This document shows positions 1 through 10,300 of a DNA stretch of 64,000 bases, piece by piece (position 1 is the stretch's first letter; each line of letters opens with the position of its first letter). The notes below the pieces were generated by a model. That model was not told the origin of the DNA. It worked only from the letters and a program-made list of their open reading frames with translations, and searched no databases. Both the position numbers and the translations under genes were made by a program. This stretch comes from Candidatus Aenigmatarchaeota archaeon. Its GTDB lineage: Archaea > Aenigmatarchaeota > Aenigmatarchaeia > CG10238-14 > SCSR01. Where the stretch lies: positions 30,110 through 94,109 of the forward strand of contig JAWADS010000001.1 of the NCBI GenBank assembly GCA_038998625.1, in the 5' to 3' direction.

Positions 1-1
1 G

Positions 2-376
2 TAGATGGGCAGTGTTGGGATATGAATAACTTGCGAATAAGTTATTTTCAGATATTTCATCTAGTTTGGTTATGTTAAAAACCAAATACTCAGAATACTT
101 TTTTGTAATATCTACATTTGGTTGAATCAAAGAATATTTATTTAATGTCTTAGTGGTATTCTTCACTAAAAACTCCTTTGCTCCGATTAAGGCTTTACCT
201 AAATTTATATTATGCCTTCTCGCTTCGTTTTCGGTAATGATGGCATGCAAATTCAAATAACGTGCTATATAAAAGTAATAAATCATAACTGCTAGAAGAA
301 TCATTATTAAAATTACAATAACATCAAAAAGTTCAGTAGTAGCTTTTTTATTAATCAAAAAATTTTTAACTTTCAA
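2..376 (-). CDS. Pilin-like (class III signal peptide) protein, runs off the window edge
   Basis: Not in the ORF track. Manual translation from TTG at 376 gives MKVKNFLINKKA-TTELFDVIVILIMILLAVMIYYFY..., open to the window start. Confidence 0.6.
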   Translation of the reverse strand, partial: MKVKNFLINKKATTELFDVIVILIMILLAVMIYYFYIARYLNLHAIITENEARRHNINLGKALIGAKEFLVKNTTKTLNKYSLIQPNVDITKKYSEYLVFNITKLDEISENNLFASYSYPNTAHL

Positions 377-380
377 AATT

Positions 381-788
381 TTATCCCTCTCTAATATCAA
401 ATTTTTCTCCGGCTTTTTCAATTAGGAATGTGCTAACTTTATCTAATTTTTTATCGATTCCGTTAATACCAGCTTTAGCTTTACCAAATTTTACTGTAGC
501 GCGCAAATCTAATGGGCCCTCCCTTGTTACAATTTCCACTTTATATATTCTGTCTTTTACTTCAAGATTGTAAACTGCAGGAGTTCCATAAACAATATAT
601 ACATTACCAGGAAAAGCGGCGCTAACTGTAACTAATCCAGATAAATCCCTTGCCACGTTTTCTGCAGTATAATGCAAAATAGATAATAAAAAATCGGTAA
701 AAAATTTAGGAATAGTTATGATTATTATTGCTCCTAATAAACCCATTAAAGCCATAGTCAAAAGGGTTATCGCAGTTAAACCTTTCAT
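381..788 (-). CDS. Pilin-like protein (class III signal peptide)
   Basis: MKG followed by a hydrophobic helix (LTAITLLTMALMGLLGAIIII). Confidence 0.6.
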   Translation of the reverse strand: MKGLTAITLLTMALMGLLGAIIIITIPKFFTDFLLSILHYTAENVARDLSGLVTVSAAFPGNVYIVYGTPAVYNLEVKDRIYKVEIVTREGPLDLRATVKFGKAKAGINGIDKKLDKVSTFLIEKAGEKFDIREG

Positions 789-816
789 ATTAATAATTTC
801 ATTTTTAGGAAATAAA

Positions 817-1110
817 TCATCTGACCTTTGCTAAGACTTCACAACTTTCTTTGTTGGGTTCCAAAATTTGTACTTTTTCACATTTTTCTTTCACATTTAT
901 CCACCAATTTGGCTTATTTGCTTCATCAAATAAAAATTTACTCCATTCCTCACAAAAAGTGAAGACATGATTAATACAATCCATTTTGTCTTTTTTCTTT
1001 GCTTCTTCTTCAGCCCAACCTGAAAATGTTATTAAGAGGACTAAAATTAGAATTAAAGTTATTAAAGCGAAAAAAATTATCTTCCAAACTAAACCTTTTT
1101 TTGTATTCAT
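817..1110 (-). CDS. Small pilin-like protein with 4 Cys
   Basis: MNTKKG-LVWKIIFFALITLILILVLL class III-like signal. Confidence 0.6.
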   Translation of the reverse strand: MNTKKGLVWKIIFFALITLILILVLLITFSGWAEEEAKKKDKMDCINHVFTFCEEWSKFLFDEANKPNWWINVKEKCEKVQILEPNKESCEVLAKVR

Positions 1111-1121
1111 ATTTTATATTT

Positions 1122-1484
1122 TCATTTTAAAGAAAAAAACCCTGCTATTTCGTTATAGTTACAATATATGGTTGATGCGCCTTCTATAAGTGTCATTATA
1201 AAAACCAGGAAGACAATAATGCCATATAAATTGCTCAAAAATAATCCCCCTACTAATGATACCATTGGTCCAAATCTGGAAAATATTAAGATGTCTAGAA
1301 TAAACAAAGCTATTAAAACAATTGTTGGCTGCAAAGCTAAAAAAATTATTTTGATGCCTAACGGTAAAGTCCAACCAAAAAGCCTCAATAAAAAGAAAAA
1401 TGGACCTTCGCTGATAAAACATGCTAAAGGCTGTAAATTGTTTAAAAAATAATTAAACTGTGCTAAGACAGACAAATCAACCAT
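1122..1484 (-). CDS. Hypothetical membrane protein
   Basis: About 3 hydrophobic segments; overlaps the upstream gene by 8 nt. Confidence 0.6.
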   Translation of the reverse strand: MVDLSVLAQFNYFLNNLQPLACFISEGPFFFLLRLFGWTLPLGIKIIFLALQPTIVLIALFILDILIFSRFGPMVSLVGGLFLSNLYGIIVFLVFIMTLIEGASTIYCNYNEIAGFFSLK

Positions 1485-2082
1485 AGGTTACACTTTCCCA
1501 TTTTTTTTCAGAAAATATGTCTAACATTTCTTTTACTTGTTCAGATTGAATTTTATTTTTTAACTCATCGAGCTTTTCATCCAAGTATGGAACAAAAAAA
1601 GGTGAAAAATGAAAAAGAAACATTAAGAAAAGTATCGTAATTAGACTCATGGCTAATCCTTTGCCTATACCCTTTTTCATTCTGTTATTGGTTTCGGAAT
1701 AAGATGAAATAAAAATTAAAACAAACATACCAGTTATAAACAAAGGGGCTATTAAAACTAAAAAGTTTGAGACATTAAAAATAAATGCAACAAAATTTTC
1801 AGAAAAGCCACCAACAGTTACCAATAGAGATTTCAATATTATTTCTAAATAGATGCTTATATTAAGGGTAGCGTAATAGGATAAAATAACACTTACTGTT
1901 ATGTTAATCATTTTCATCATCTCGAAATTTTTTATATTGAATCCCTGCTTTTCTTCTTCTAATTTTTTTACCTCTACACTTTTTTCTAAAGACTTTTCTA
2001 AAAGTTTAGAGACTTTTTCTAATTGTTTAGCAATTTTTTCACTGATTGCAGATTTGGCCTTATTTAAAATTGCTTTTACCAC
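1477..2082 (-). CDS. Hypothetical membrane protein
   Basis: Charged N-terminus followed by 3 TM helices. Confidence 0.6.
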   Translation of the reverse strand: MVKAILNKAKSAISEKIAKQLEKVSKLLEKSLEKSVEVKKLEEEKQGFNIKNFEMMKMINITVSVILSYYATLNISIYLEIILKSLLVTVGGFSENFVAFIFNVSNFLVLIAPLFITGMFVLIFISSYSETNNRMKKGIGKGLAMSLITILFLMFLFHFSPFFVPYLDEKLDELKNKIQSEQVKEMLDIFSEKKWESVTYG

Positions 2083-2117
2083 AATTCTATTTTATTTTCT
2101 AAAAATAAATCTAATGT

Positions 2118-3977
2118 ATGAAAGGGATTTCTACTTTACTAGTTTTGGCCGCAATTTTTTTATTTGTAAGCTTGCTTATAAATTTTATTTTCTTTCTTAA
2201 TGTTTTGTCAAGAGAAGAAAATTTTGTTAGAACAGTAAGGGAAATGTATATCTATCAAGGGATAAATTACATCGAGCAATTTAAGAGGGCTTTTCCTTTT
2301 TTAATCGAATACTCAATTTATAAGACTCTATCTCATAATGGAGGAGAACTATGTTCTTTCGGCCAAAGCACTTTTATAACTCCTTTAGCAGCCCAAGATT
2401 TCTTAAGCAGAAATCGCTTACTTACTATTAATAATGTTCCCGCAGGTAGTATTCATACATCCCTCTATTGGGTTTTACTATATTTTGACAATTATCATAA
2501 TTATTTAAATAAAATTGCCGAATTAACTTCGATCTTTTCTAGGATTCAACGCATCGTCTTCGATTATACCCCCGGGGTTAAAGTTGATGGTTATGCTGTG
2601 GATGATAAAATATTAGTAACTTCTGAAAATACAATATCAAAACTTTTGCCAAACAATTTAGGAATTTTAAATGAAACCTTAAATGCTTCTGTCGAATTAA
2701 TCATGAATTTTATTCAACTCCTCGATAGAGCAGACGAAGAATGGTTAAATCAACCAAAATGTAGTGAGAGGGATTCTCTAGTAAAAAGTACAGCTGAGGC
2801 CTTTGAATGTAGCGAGGAAGGATCTTTTACCTACTCTTCATTAGAAGAATGTGAAAATGCTTGCGTATATATGGAACCATCAAGATGCGTTTATATTTTA
2901 CAGCAAGAAATTGCTGGTGCTATAGGTGTACCATTAGGTTCAGATGTTAAAAACATTGATAAAGTTAAGGGAAGGTCAGTTGCTATAAGAGAATATACTA
3001 ATCTAGGTGTCGAAACAAATTATCTTTTAGGATATTGCGTTGATAGTGGTTGCGATTGTTCTAAAAAAGAGTGTGAAGAGAAGGATGATGAAGGAAATTG
3101 TATTGAAGAAAAGTGTGTAGAATGGACTAAGAAAGTTAAGTGTGAATACAAAAATTGGAGGGCAAGAGCAGGTTTATCTATCACAGAAAAGGATGAAAGG
3201 AATTTTTACCCTGCTTCGAATGATTGGGTGCAATCACAATTTAGTTTTAGTATGGTTTTAGGGCATTTGGATTTAGGAACCAGAACTACATTAGACACTT
3301 GTGCTACTAGAAAAATAATTGAAGCCCAGTTGGAGGAAGAGTGTAAAAAGTCTGGCGGAACTTGGAATCCAGATAAAAAGCAATGTGAAAATTGTCCAGA
3401 TAGGAAAGTTTTCTACAAAGGTAAATGTGTAGAAAAATCTATTGTATGTAAAGAGACAGGTGGGACTTACAATCAAGATACAGACACATGTTCATGTCCT
3501 GATGATAAATTACTTGTTCTAGAAGCTTATTGTATAAATAAAAAAGAAATTTGTGAAAGCGAAGATGAGAATTTGGGTATAGTCAAAGGTAATTACAACC
3601 CACAGACAAATGATTGCGAATGCCCTCAAGATACTATTGATATGGGTCCTTATTGTTTATCAAAAAAAGCAGCTTGTACTCAAAGCGGTGGAACTTATAA
3701 TCCAAATAATCCGAAAAAACCTTGCGAATGCGATGCAAATAAGGGTTTAATTTCTTGGGGGGATGTTTGTGTAAGTAAGAAGGAGGCTTGTGGTTTTAGT
3801 GCTCCAGATAAGGGAATAAAAGCCGGTACATATGATGAAGTTAATAGAGTTTGTGATTGCCCTAATGGAACTAAATACAATGAAGAATTTGGAATTTGTG
3901 TAGAAGCAAAACTAGTATGTAGTTGTGCAAAAAATGTTGTGACTAACGAAGTAATCTGTAGTTGTTCAGAAGCTTAA
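2118..3977 (+). CDS. Class III signal-peptide surface protein with Cys-rich C-terminal repeats
   Basis: MKG-ISTLLVLAAIFLFV; repeated C..xGG(T/N)YN....CxCP modules. Confidence 0.75.
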   Translation: MKGISTLLVLAAIFLFVSLLINFIFFLNVLSREENFVRTVREMYIYQGINYIEQFKRAFPFLIEYSIYKTLSHNGGELCSFGQSTFITPLAAQDFLSRNRLLTINNVPAGSIHTSLYWVLLYFDNYHNYLNKIAELTSIFSRIQRIVFDYTPGVKVDGYAVDDKILVTSENTISKLLPNNLGILNETLNASVELIMNFIQLLDRADEEWLNQPKCSERDSLVKSTAEAFECSEEGSFTYSSLEECENACVYMEPSRCVYILQQEIAGAIGVPLGSDVKNIDKVKGRSVAIREYTNLGVETNYLLGYCVDSGCDCSKKECEEKDDEGNCIEEKCVEWTKKVKCEYKNWRARAGLSITEKDERNFYPASNDWVQSQFSFSMVLGHLDLGTRTTLDTCATRKIIEAQLEEECKKSGGTWNPDKKQCENCPDRKVFYKGKCVEKSIVCKETGGTYNQDTDTCSCPDDKLLVLEAYCINKKEICESEDENLGIVKGNYNPQTNDCECPQDTIDMGPYCLSKKAACTQSGGTYNPNNPKKPCECDANKGLISWGDVCVSKKEACGFSAPDKGIKAGTYDEVNRVCDCPNGTKYNEEFGICVEAKLVCSCAKNVVTNEVICSCSEA

Positions 3978-4010
3978 TACGTATATTTTTAAAAAACCAA
4001 ATTTTAAATA

Positions 4011-4388
4011 ATGAATTGGGAGGAATTATATAAAAAATATTCAAAGCCAAAAAAGAAAAAAATATTTCCTATTTTATTAGTTATAGTCTTTTCGACTCTA
4101 TTTTTTCTCTTCATATTATATTATTTTTCTTTACCAGAATTTATAGAGCCACAGGCTGAAATTGTAAGTGATGTAATAACTCTACCTTCTATAAAGGGCG
4201 AGCATTGCACAATATATATAACTGGTCCAAATAATATAATAAAATTATTTTCGGAATATGATTGTAGCGAATATCAAATTTTTAGGTTTGAGATTTTAGA
4301 TCTTTTTTCGGATATTAAAGGTAGGTATAAGTTAGTTGTTGTTTCTGATTCAGGAAATAATTTGACGAAAAACTTTTTGGTGGTATAA
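4011..4388 (+). CDS. Hypothetical single-TM protein
   Basis: Basic patch plus one TM helix; stop overlaps the next start (TAATG). Confidence 0.65.
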   Translation: MNWEELYKKYSKPKKKKIFPILLVIVFSTLFFLFILYYFSLPEFIEPQAEIVSDVITLPSIKGEHCTIYITGPNNIIKLFSEYDCSEYQIFRFEILDLFSDIKGRYKLVVVSDSGNNLTKNFLVV

Positions 4389-7300
4389 TGAAAAAAAGTA
4401 TTTCAATTTTTTTAATTATAACTTATTTGCTCTCCATTATTAAAGTACCAATAGCTGTCACGCAGAGTACAGATAATTTTAGTGATGAAGATGTAAAGAA
4501 AATTTTAAGCAAAGGAGCAATATTTTGTGTAAAAGATGCTGTAGAGGTATCTAAAGATGTTTATAAAGTTGTATGTTTAATCTCTCCTAAAAATTTAACC
4601 AAAGTAAAATTTGAATTTGGGCCCGCATTTAGTTTTGGAAGAATGGAGTTTCTAGGTTATGAAGCCACAGATAAGATTGAGTTTGTGAGCAAATTTAAGA
4701 ACTTTCTGGAGTTTGAAGTATTTCCCACTTCTAGAGTAGGATTTACTATAAATATAAAAGCAAATTTCAGGCCCAATTTCAAAGTAACTTCCACTCTACC
4801 TGCTTATTACTTTAATGATTTGAAAGAACTTTTTGATGCTATAGATTCTATTCATTCTATAGAAGCATTGGAAGTTTTAAAATCTAGTTGTGAGGTGGCG
4901 TTTGAGAAAGAATGTGTTTTAGAACATTTTATTACTAATTCCAGTGCTCCGGCGAAATATATAAATTTAACTAGTGATGAGTTAAGCAAATTGGTAGCTT
5001 TAGGAGAATTTTCCAAAAAGATAGATGGTGCTGATGTAAAATTTGTGCTTAGTTTTGAAAATAATGAAGTAAAAGTTTATGATAAGGAAAATTATGTCGG
5101 AAACTTTTATTTGCATTCAGCTTTTGTTCCCGTTAAAGCGCCAAGCCTCCCTGAAACGAATTTAACATCTTTAGAAACGATTAAAGAAGTTACCTTATTT
5201 TTCTTGAATTATGAATTGAAAATAAATGGAACTGACGTTTATATAACAGAGTACGAAGATTTAGATTTGTTGGCAGATGAAATATTTTCTGGCAAACTAT
5301 TTCCAATTACAGGTTCTTTTATTGCCACAGAAATTTTTAATAAGATAAAAGAAGAGTTGCTAATTAAACAAAGTAAACAAAGAGATTTAGCAGAAAAAAT
5401 ACATACTTTTGAAAAATTCGCTACCGACTATAATGTAAATATATTTAAACGCATAATGATTGCTATCTTAAACGAGATAAATAATAATATAGAATTAGGT
5501 GAAATAGAGGAAGCTAGTCAGCGTATAACAAAATTGAAAAATGCAGTTGGGGAATTTTCAAAAAATGCAGTTGGGGAATTTAAAGATTATTTCCAAGATT
5601 TAGAGAAAGAACTAACTAAAATAGAAGAAACCATTAAAACAGATTTTAAAAGTGCACTAGATTATGTAAGAAATTTAAAAGAAAAAATAACTTCTGAAAC
5701 AATTAATGATTTCCTTCAAGTTGCAAAGTCGAAAGGAGTAGATATATCTAAAAAATTTACAGAGAAAGATGGTAGGAGAGCACCAAAAGTTGTAAATGTT
5801 GTAAGAACAAGCGTAACAGAATTACCACCATCTATAAAAGATAAAATCACGTCACCTATATTCGTTCCTAAAGGACAACCTGATTTAAAAGATATGAAAA
5901 AATTCTTTAAAGAGCTCGCTTTTAGGGATTATATTGACCAAGGCATTTATTTGTTCTGGGGTGATTACTCAAAGGTCCCTAGAGAATATTTACAAGTATA
6001 TGTTTCTGTAGCTAAGGAAGATTATCAAAAGGCTTTGAAGTTTATACAATTTGAACTGAAAAGAAATAATATACCTCATTTAATGGTTAAGCCAGAGCTT
6101 TATGATGAAGTTAAGAATGGAAAATATGTGATAATTCTTTTACGTAATAATGACGATTTGAGAGTGGTAAGGACCATAGAAGATATCTTATATAATCTAA
6201 ATATTAGACCTGGGCCCAAGCCTTTAATAAAGGGAATATCTTTAGATAAGTATATAATAAGTAAATATACTTTTGGCGCGTGGGAAAACAATTTTGGTGG
6301 AGAAAAAAAGATTAAACCAATTCTTGCATATAATTCTGATACTGGGAAGTTGGAAACTATATCTCCAGAGACACCTTTGCTTCCAAAAGTTGTTACACAA
6401 TCTGATTTATTGAATAAAAATTTCAAAGAGGGAGATGTGATTGCTTATTTTGCTCCTCATGGTGATGCTAGAATATATTTAATGGGGGAAATAAAATCCT
6501 TTGACGCAAGTAAAAAAAGAGTTCTCGTTTCAAATATTTTTGGTTCAGAATTTGAGATCCCAATAAATTGGGTATCAAATACACCAAACATTCATATCTT
6601 TTACGATAAACATAAGCAAATCGAAATACGACAATTATCAGAAAAACTATGGAGGAATTCTCTATCAAAAAATCTCGCCTCTAAATTAAGCATATCGGAT
6701 GTTGAGCTTTTGTTAAAGAATGGATTTTACCTTAAAGGTGATTTAGTTTATTACCTTTCTGAAGATAAAAGAATTTATAGCTTACCTCTCGATGATTTTC
6801 TAAAATCTCCCTCAATTGAAGATATTTTTTGGGATACATATAAGAATCATTTAATAGTTATTCCTAATTCCCTAAGCGAAAAATATCCTGCGAGACTTAA
6901 AGGTCTTGCTATAACTAAATCTGTTTATAATGATATAACTTCTTGGATTAATAACATCCAGCCCGGTCAACAGAAAGGTTTAGTTGCTTTCCTTACAATG
7001 AATGAAAAAGGAGTGATAGACAAAGTTTGGTTAAAGGGCATAACTGATCCTGTTTATGAAGGAGTGACTCTTGGTTCTATCCAAGATTTCCATAAGTATA
7101 TATTAGCAAAATATTTGAACCCATTAGAGTTTGGTCTACATGGAAAACTATTGGCATATTTCGTACCAGAAGGCTTCTTACCAGATTTAACCTTAGGGCA
7201 ACTTTTAGCGTCTTTTGAGTATGATAAAAAGGATGTTTTTCATTTATTGCTTATTTCAAGAGAATTAGGTGAAGTAAAATTTAATTTTTACAGAATTGAT

Positions 7301-10300
7301 TTTTCCAAGTTATCGAAGGATGATATTCAATGGCTAAAATACATAGCGAATGAATATCGAAGGAGAACTGGAACAGAATTAGCTTTATCTACAATAAGTG
7401 AGCAATTGGAGGCGCACCCAGATTTAAAAGCATATTTTGAAAAACATTCTAATTTCCACAAGATTGGTACACAAAATATTGAAATGGTTCATAAAATTGA
7501 TGAAACAAAAGCTTTCAAAATTGCACTACTTAATGGTGAACAAGCCATAGGTGGTTTGGAGAGATCTCTAAAAAATCTTAAAAAAATGATATTTTTTGGC
7601 AATGAGTTAGATCTTCAAACTGGTTTTACATATAGATATTCTTTTAGATACGCTTCTAATATATATACAGAAATACGCAGAAGAGTGGATCTATGGGACA
7701 GTATTTTAGATAATCTGTTAAAAAGCGGTGAGATATCCCAAGAAATTTACAATTCTTATAAAAACATAATAAATAAAGTTTACGAAATAGGATTAACCAT
7801 TGAGCCAGGGAAGCCTATAAAGGATACTTTGAAAAAAATTGATGAAGCTTTAAAGTCAATAAAGAATGAAAAGAAGACATTATTTAAATTATTATCCTAT
7901 CAATCTAAAAAATTATCCATAGAGCCCAACACTGGGTTTAGTGAGGTCGCTAAAAATATAGAACCTACTAAATTACCTGAAAATATTGAAGAGTCCATAG
8001 AGAATTCTGCAATCGCTAAAGTAGCAAAAGAAGAAGCTGAAAAGGGCATAAAAGAAATTCCAAGTCAAGAAGAAATTCTACAAAAAATTGAAAGGGAACA
8101 AGAAAGATTAATATCAGAAACACCAAGAACGAGTTTTGAGCCTACTGCTCAAAAAATTGGTAAAGTAGATGAATTAACTTCCAAGATTGATAATTATATC
8201 CTATCTAGTAAAATAGCAGATTCGTTAACAACAGAAAATATTAGAAAATTGTTGGATGGAAAAGTAGTTTTTGTTGATGATAATTATTTGCTTGTATTAT
8301 CTCCAAAAGGTCAATTAACTTTAGTTCATTTTCCTGATAAAACGTTTTTATATTCTTCCGATGGAACTAAGGCTGTTATAAAAATGAGATCCACACCCTA
8401 CCTAACACCAGACGATTTAGATGAATTAATAAAAAAGAACATACCTATGGTTTATCCGAAATATAAGCTTCCCGATGAAGTTCTTGTAATAGGAATTGTG
8501 GATGGAAGGCCTGTTGAAAAACTTTATGATTTGAGAGAATTCAAAAAGTTTGTTGAAAATGAGGGAACGCCTTCAGCAAAAATATCAAGAGAATTTAGAG
8601 AAAAATTTAACTCTTATTTAGATTCTATTCGTGGAACAGAAGAAGAAGTTGTAAAAGCGTTAGATAAATTTTTCAATATGAAAGGGTTGCCGGAAAAATC
8701 TGATTTAACTATTGCGGCAGGCCCGGCAGTAAAAGTAAAACCCAAATTACTCAACATCGATGAAGATTATCTTCAATTCAGGTTAGGAATTTCTATTATT
8801 AATGCCGAGACGGCACAAAACGTACTTTCACCAATATATGCTATAAGGGACGATTTAGAAACTAATTTTAAGTTAATGGGAATAAAGACCCCTGATGACA
8901 TAGCAGATGGTATGACAATAAAAATAAAAGGAAGAGATTATGTTTTACGTAAATTACCTAATAACCAAATTTCTATCGAGCTTGCAGTTTTTCGTGAGGG
9001 TGATCCATCCCTTTTAGAATTCCAAAAAGTGGGCACATTTTATCTTGTTGATGGTGAAGTTAAAGATGCGTATTCATGGAATAGAGCGGTGGCTTCTACG
9101 TTCAAAGATGTAAAGGCTTCTCAAGACCTCAGGGATGGCAGATATATTCTGAATACAAATAATTACAAAATTGAAAAAATGGATTATGGCTCAGTAGTGT
9201 TTGAAAATAATAGGCCAGCTATTTTTAGTATTGTAGGGGCAAATAGGGAAACCATGTATGTACCTATTTCTATTGATAGATCGCAATTTTTGCAAAAAAC
9301 TTTCTCAGAAATCGGAACTGCTGGGATAGGAAAAGAATATGCATTCGGTTCAGACAATGGAGATGTCTATAGATTTACCAAAAGACATTGGGAACCCGAT
9401 TTAAAATGGGAAATGGAAGTTAATGGAAAACCGGCTGGATTTTTGACGGATGAAGGATTAAAAACAAAAATAAGAGAATTAGTGGGTTCTGGTTATAATC
9501 CATTAATTCCCGCTTATAGGTTTAGTCCAATCGATGTTGAAAAAGAAATAAGAGGACTTTCAGAGCCTTATTATTCTAAAACTTTCTCAAATGGTCAAGA
9601 AGCTTTCAGACTTAGAAATGTTGATGGTCGCATTATATTAGAGACAGGGGGGATGCAACCAAGAACAATAACTGTTGAAGAGGCTCGGTCACTTCTAGCA
9701 ACATCTAAAAGAGTAGAGATATTAAGCACAGATGGTGCTAATTTAATATCCCAAACATCTTTTTGGAAACAAATATCAAGGCCAGTAGGAATATTAACAA
9801 AAGATTTTTATCCTTTAGTTGGTCCGGCTGATTTTATTGCTTTTGGCGCTATAGCAGCATTTTCTCTTTATAGTATAACTGAAAATAGGGAAGAAATGAA
9901 TAGGAGAATTGTTTATAATACGGTTGAAAATTTTGCGGTCGAGCCTCTATTAGTTACAACAATTGCAAGGGGTTTAGGTCTGAGAGCAGCTTTCAGTGGC
10001 GCAAGGGCTGCTGTTGCGGGCGTAGGTGGCGCAATTACTCTAGGAATTTTAACGGCTGTAGTTGCTGCAGAAATGGTTGCAGAAGATACAATAGAAGAAT
10101 ATCTAAGAGGTAATAGGTTAAATGATATGGGTATACCTATACCTAATGATTTGGGGTCAGCTTTAGGTAGAGTTTTTGGAGGATATTGGGACTTTTTAAT
10201 AAATTCAAATAGTGAGCAAACTCTAGAGAGTAGCAGTATGTTTAATACAGTAGCTACATCCATTTATAAAGACTTATCTAATCAAGCATTAAAAAACTTT

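Noticed and set aside
5537..5581. 24-nt-period tandem duplication (KNAVGEF twice) in the giant gene
   Set aside because: Simple in-frame slippage; no evidence of a functional array.
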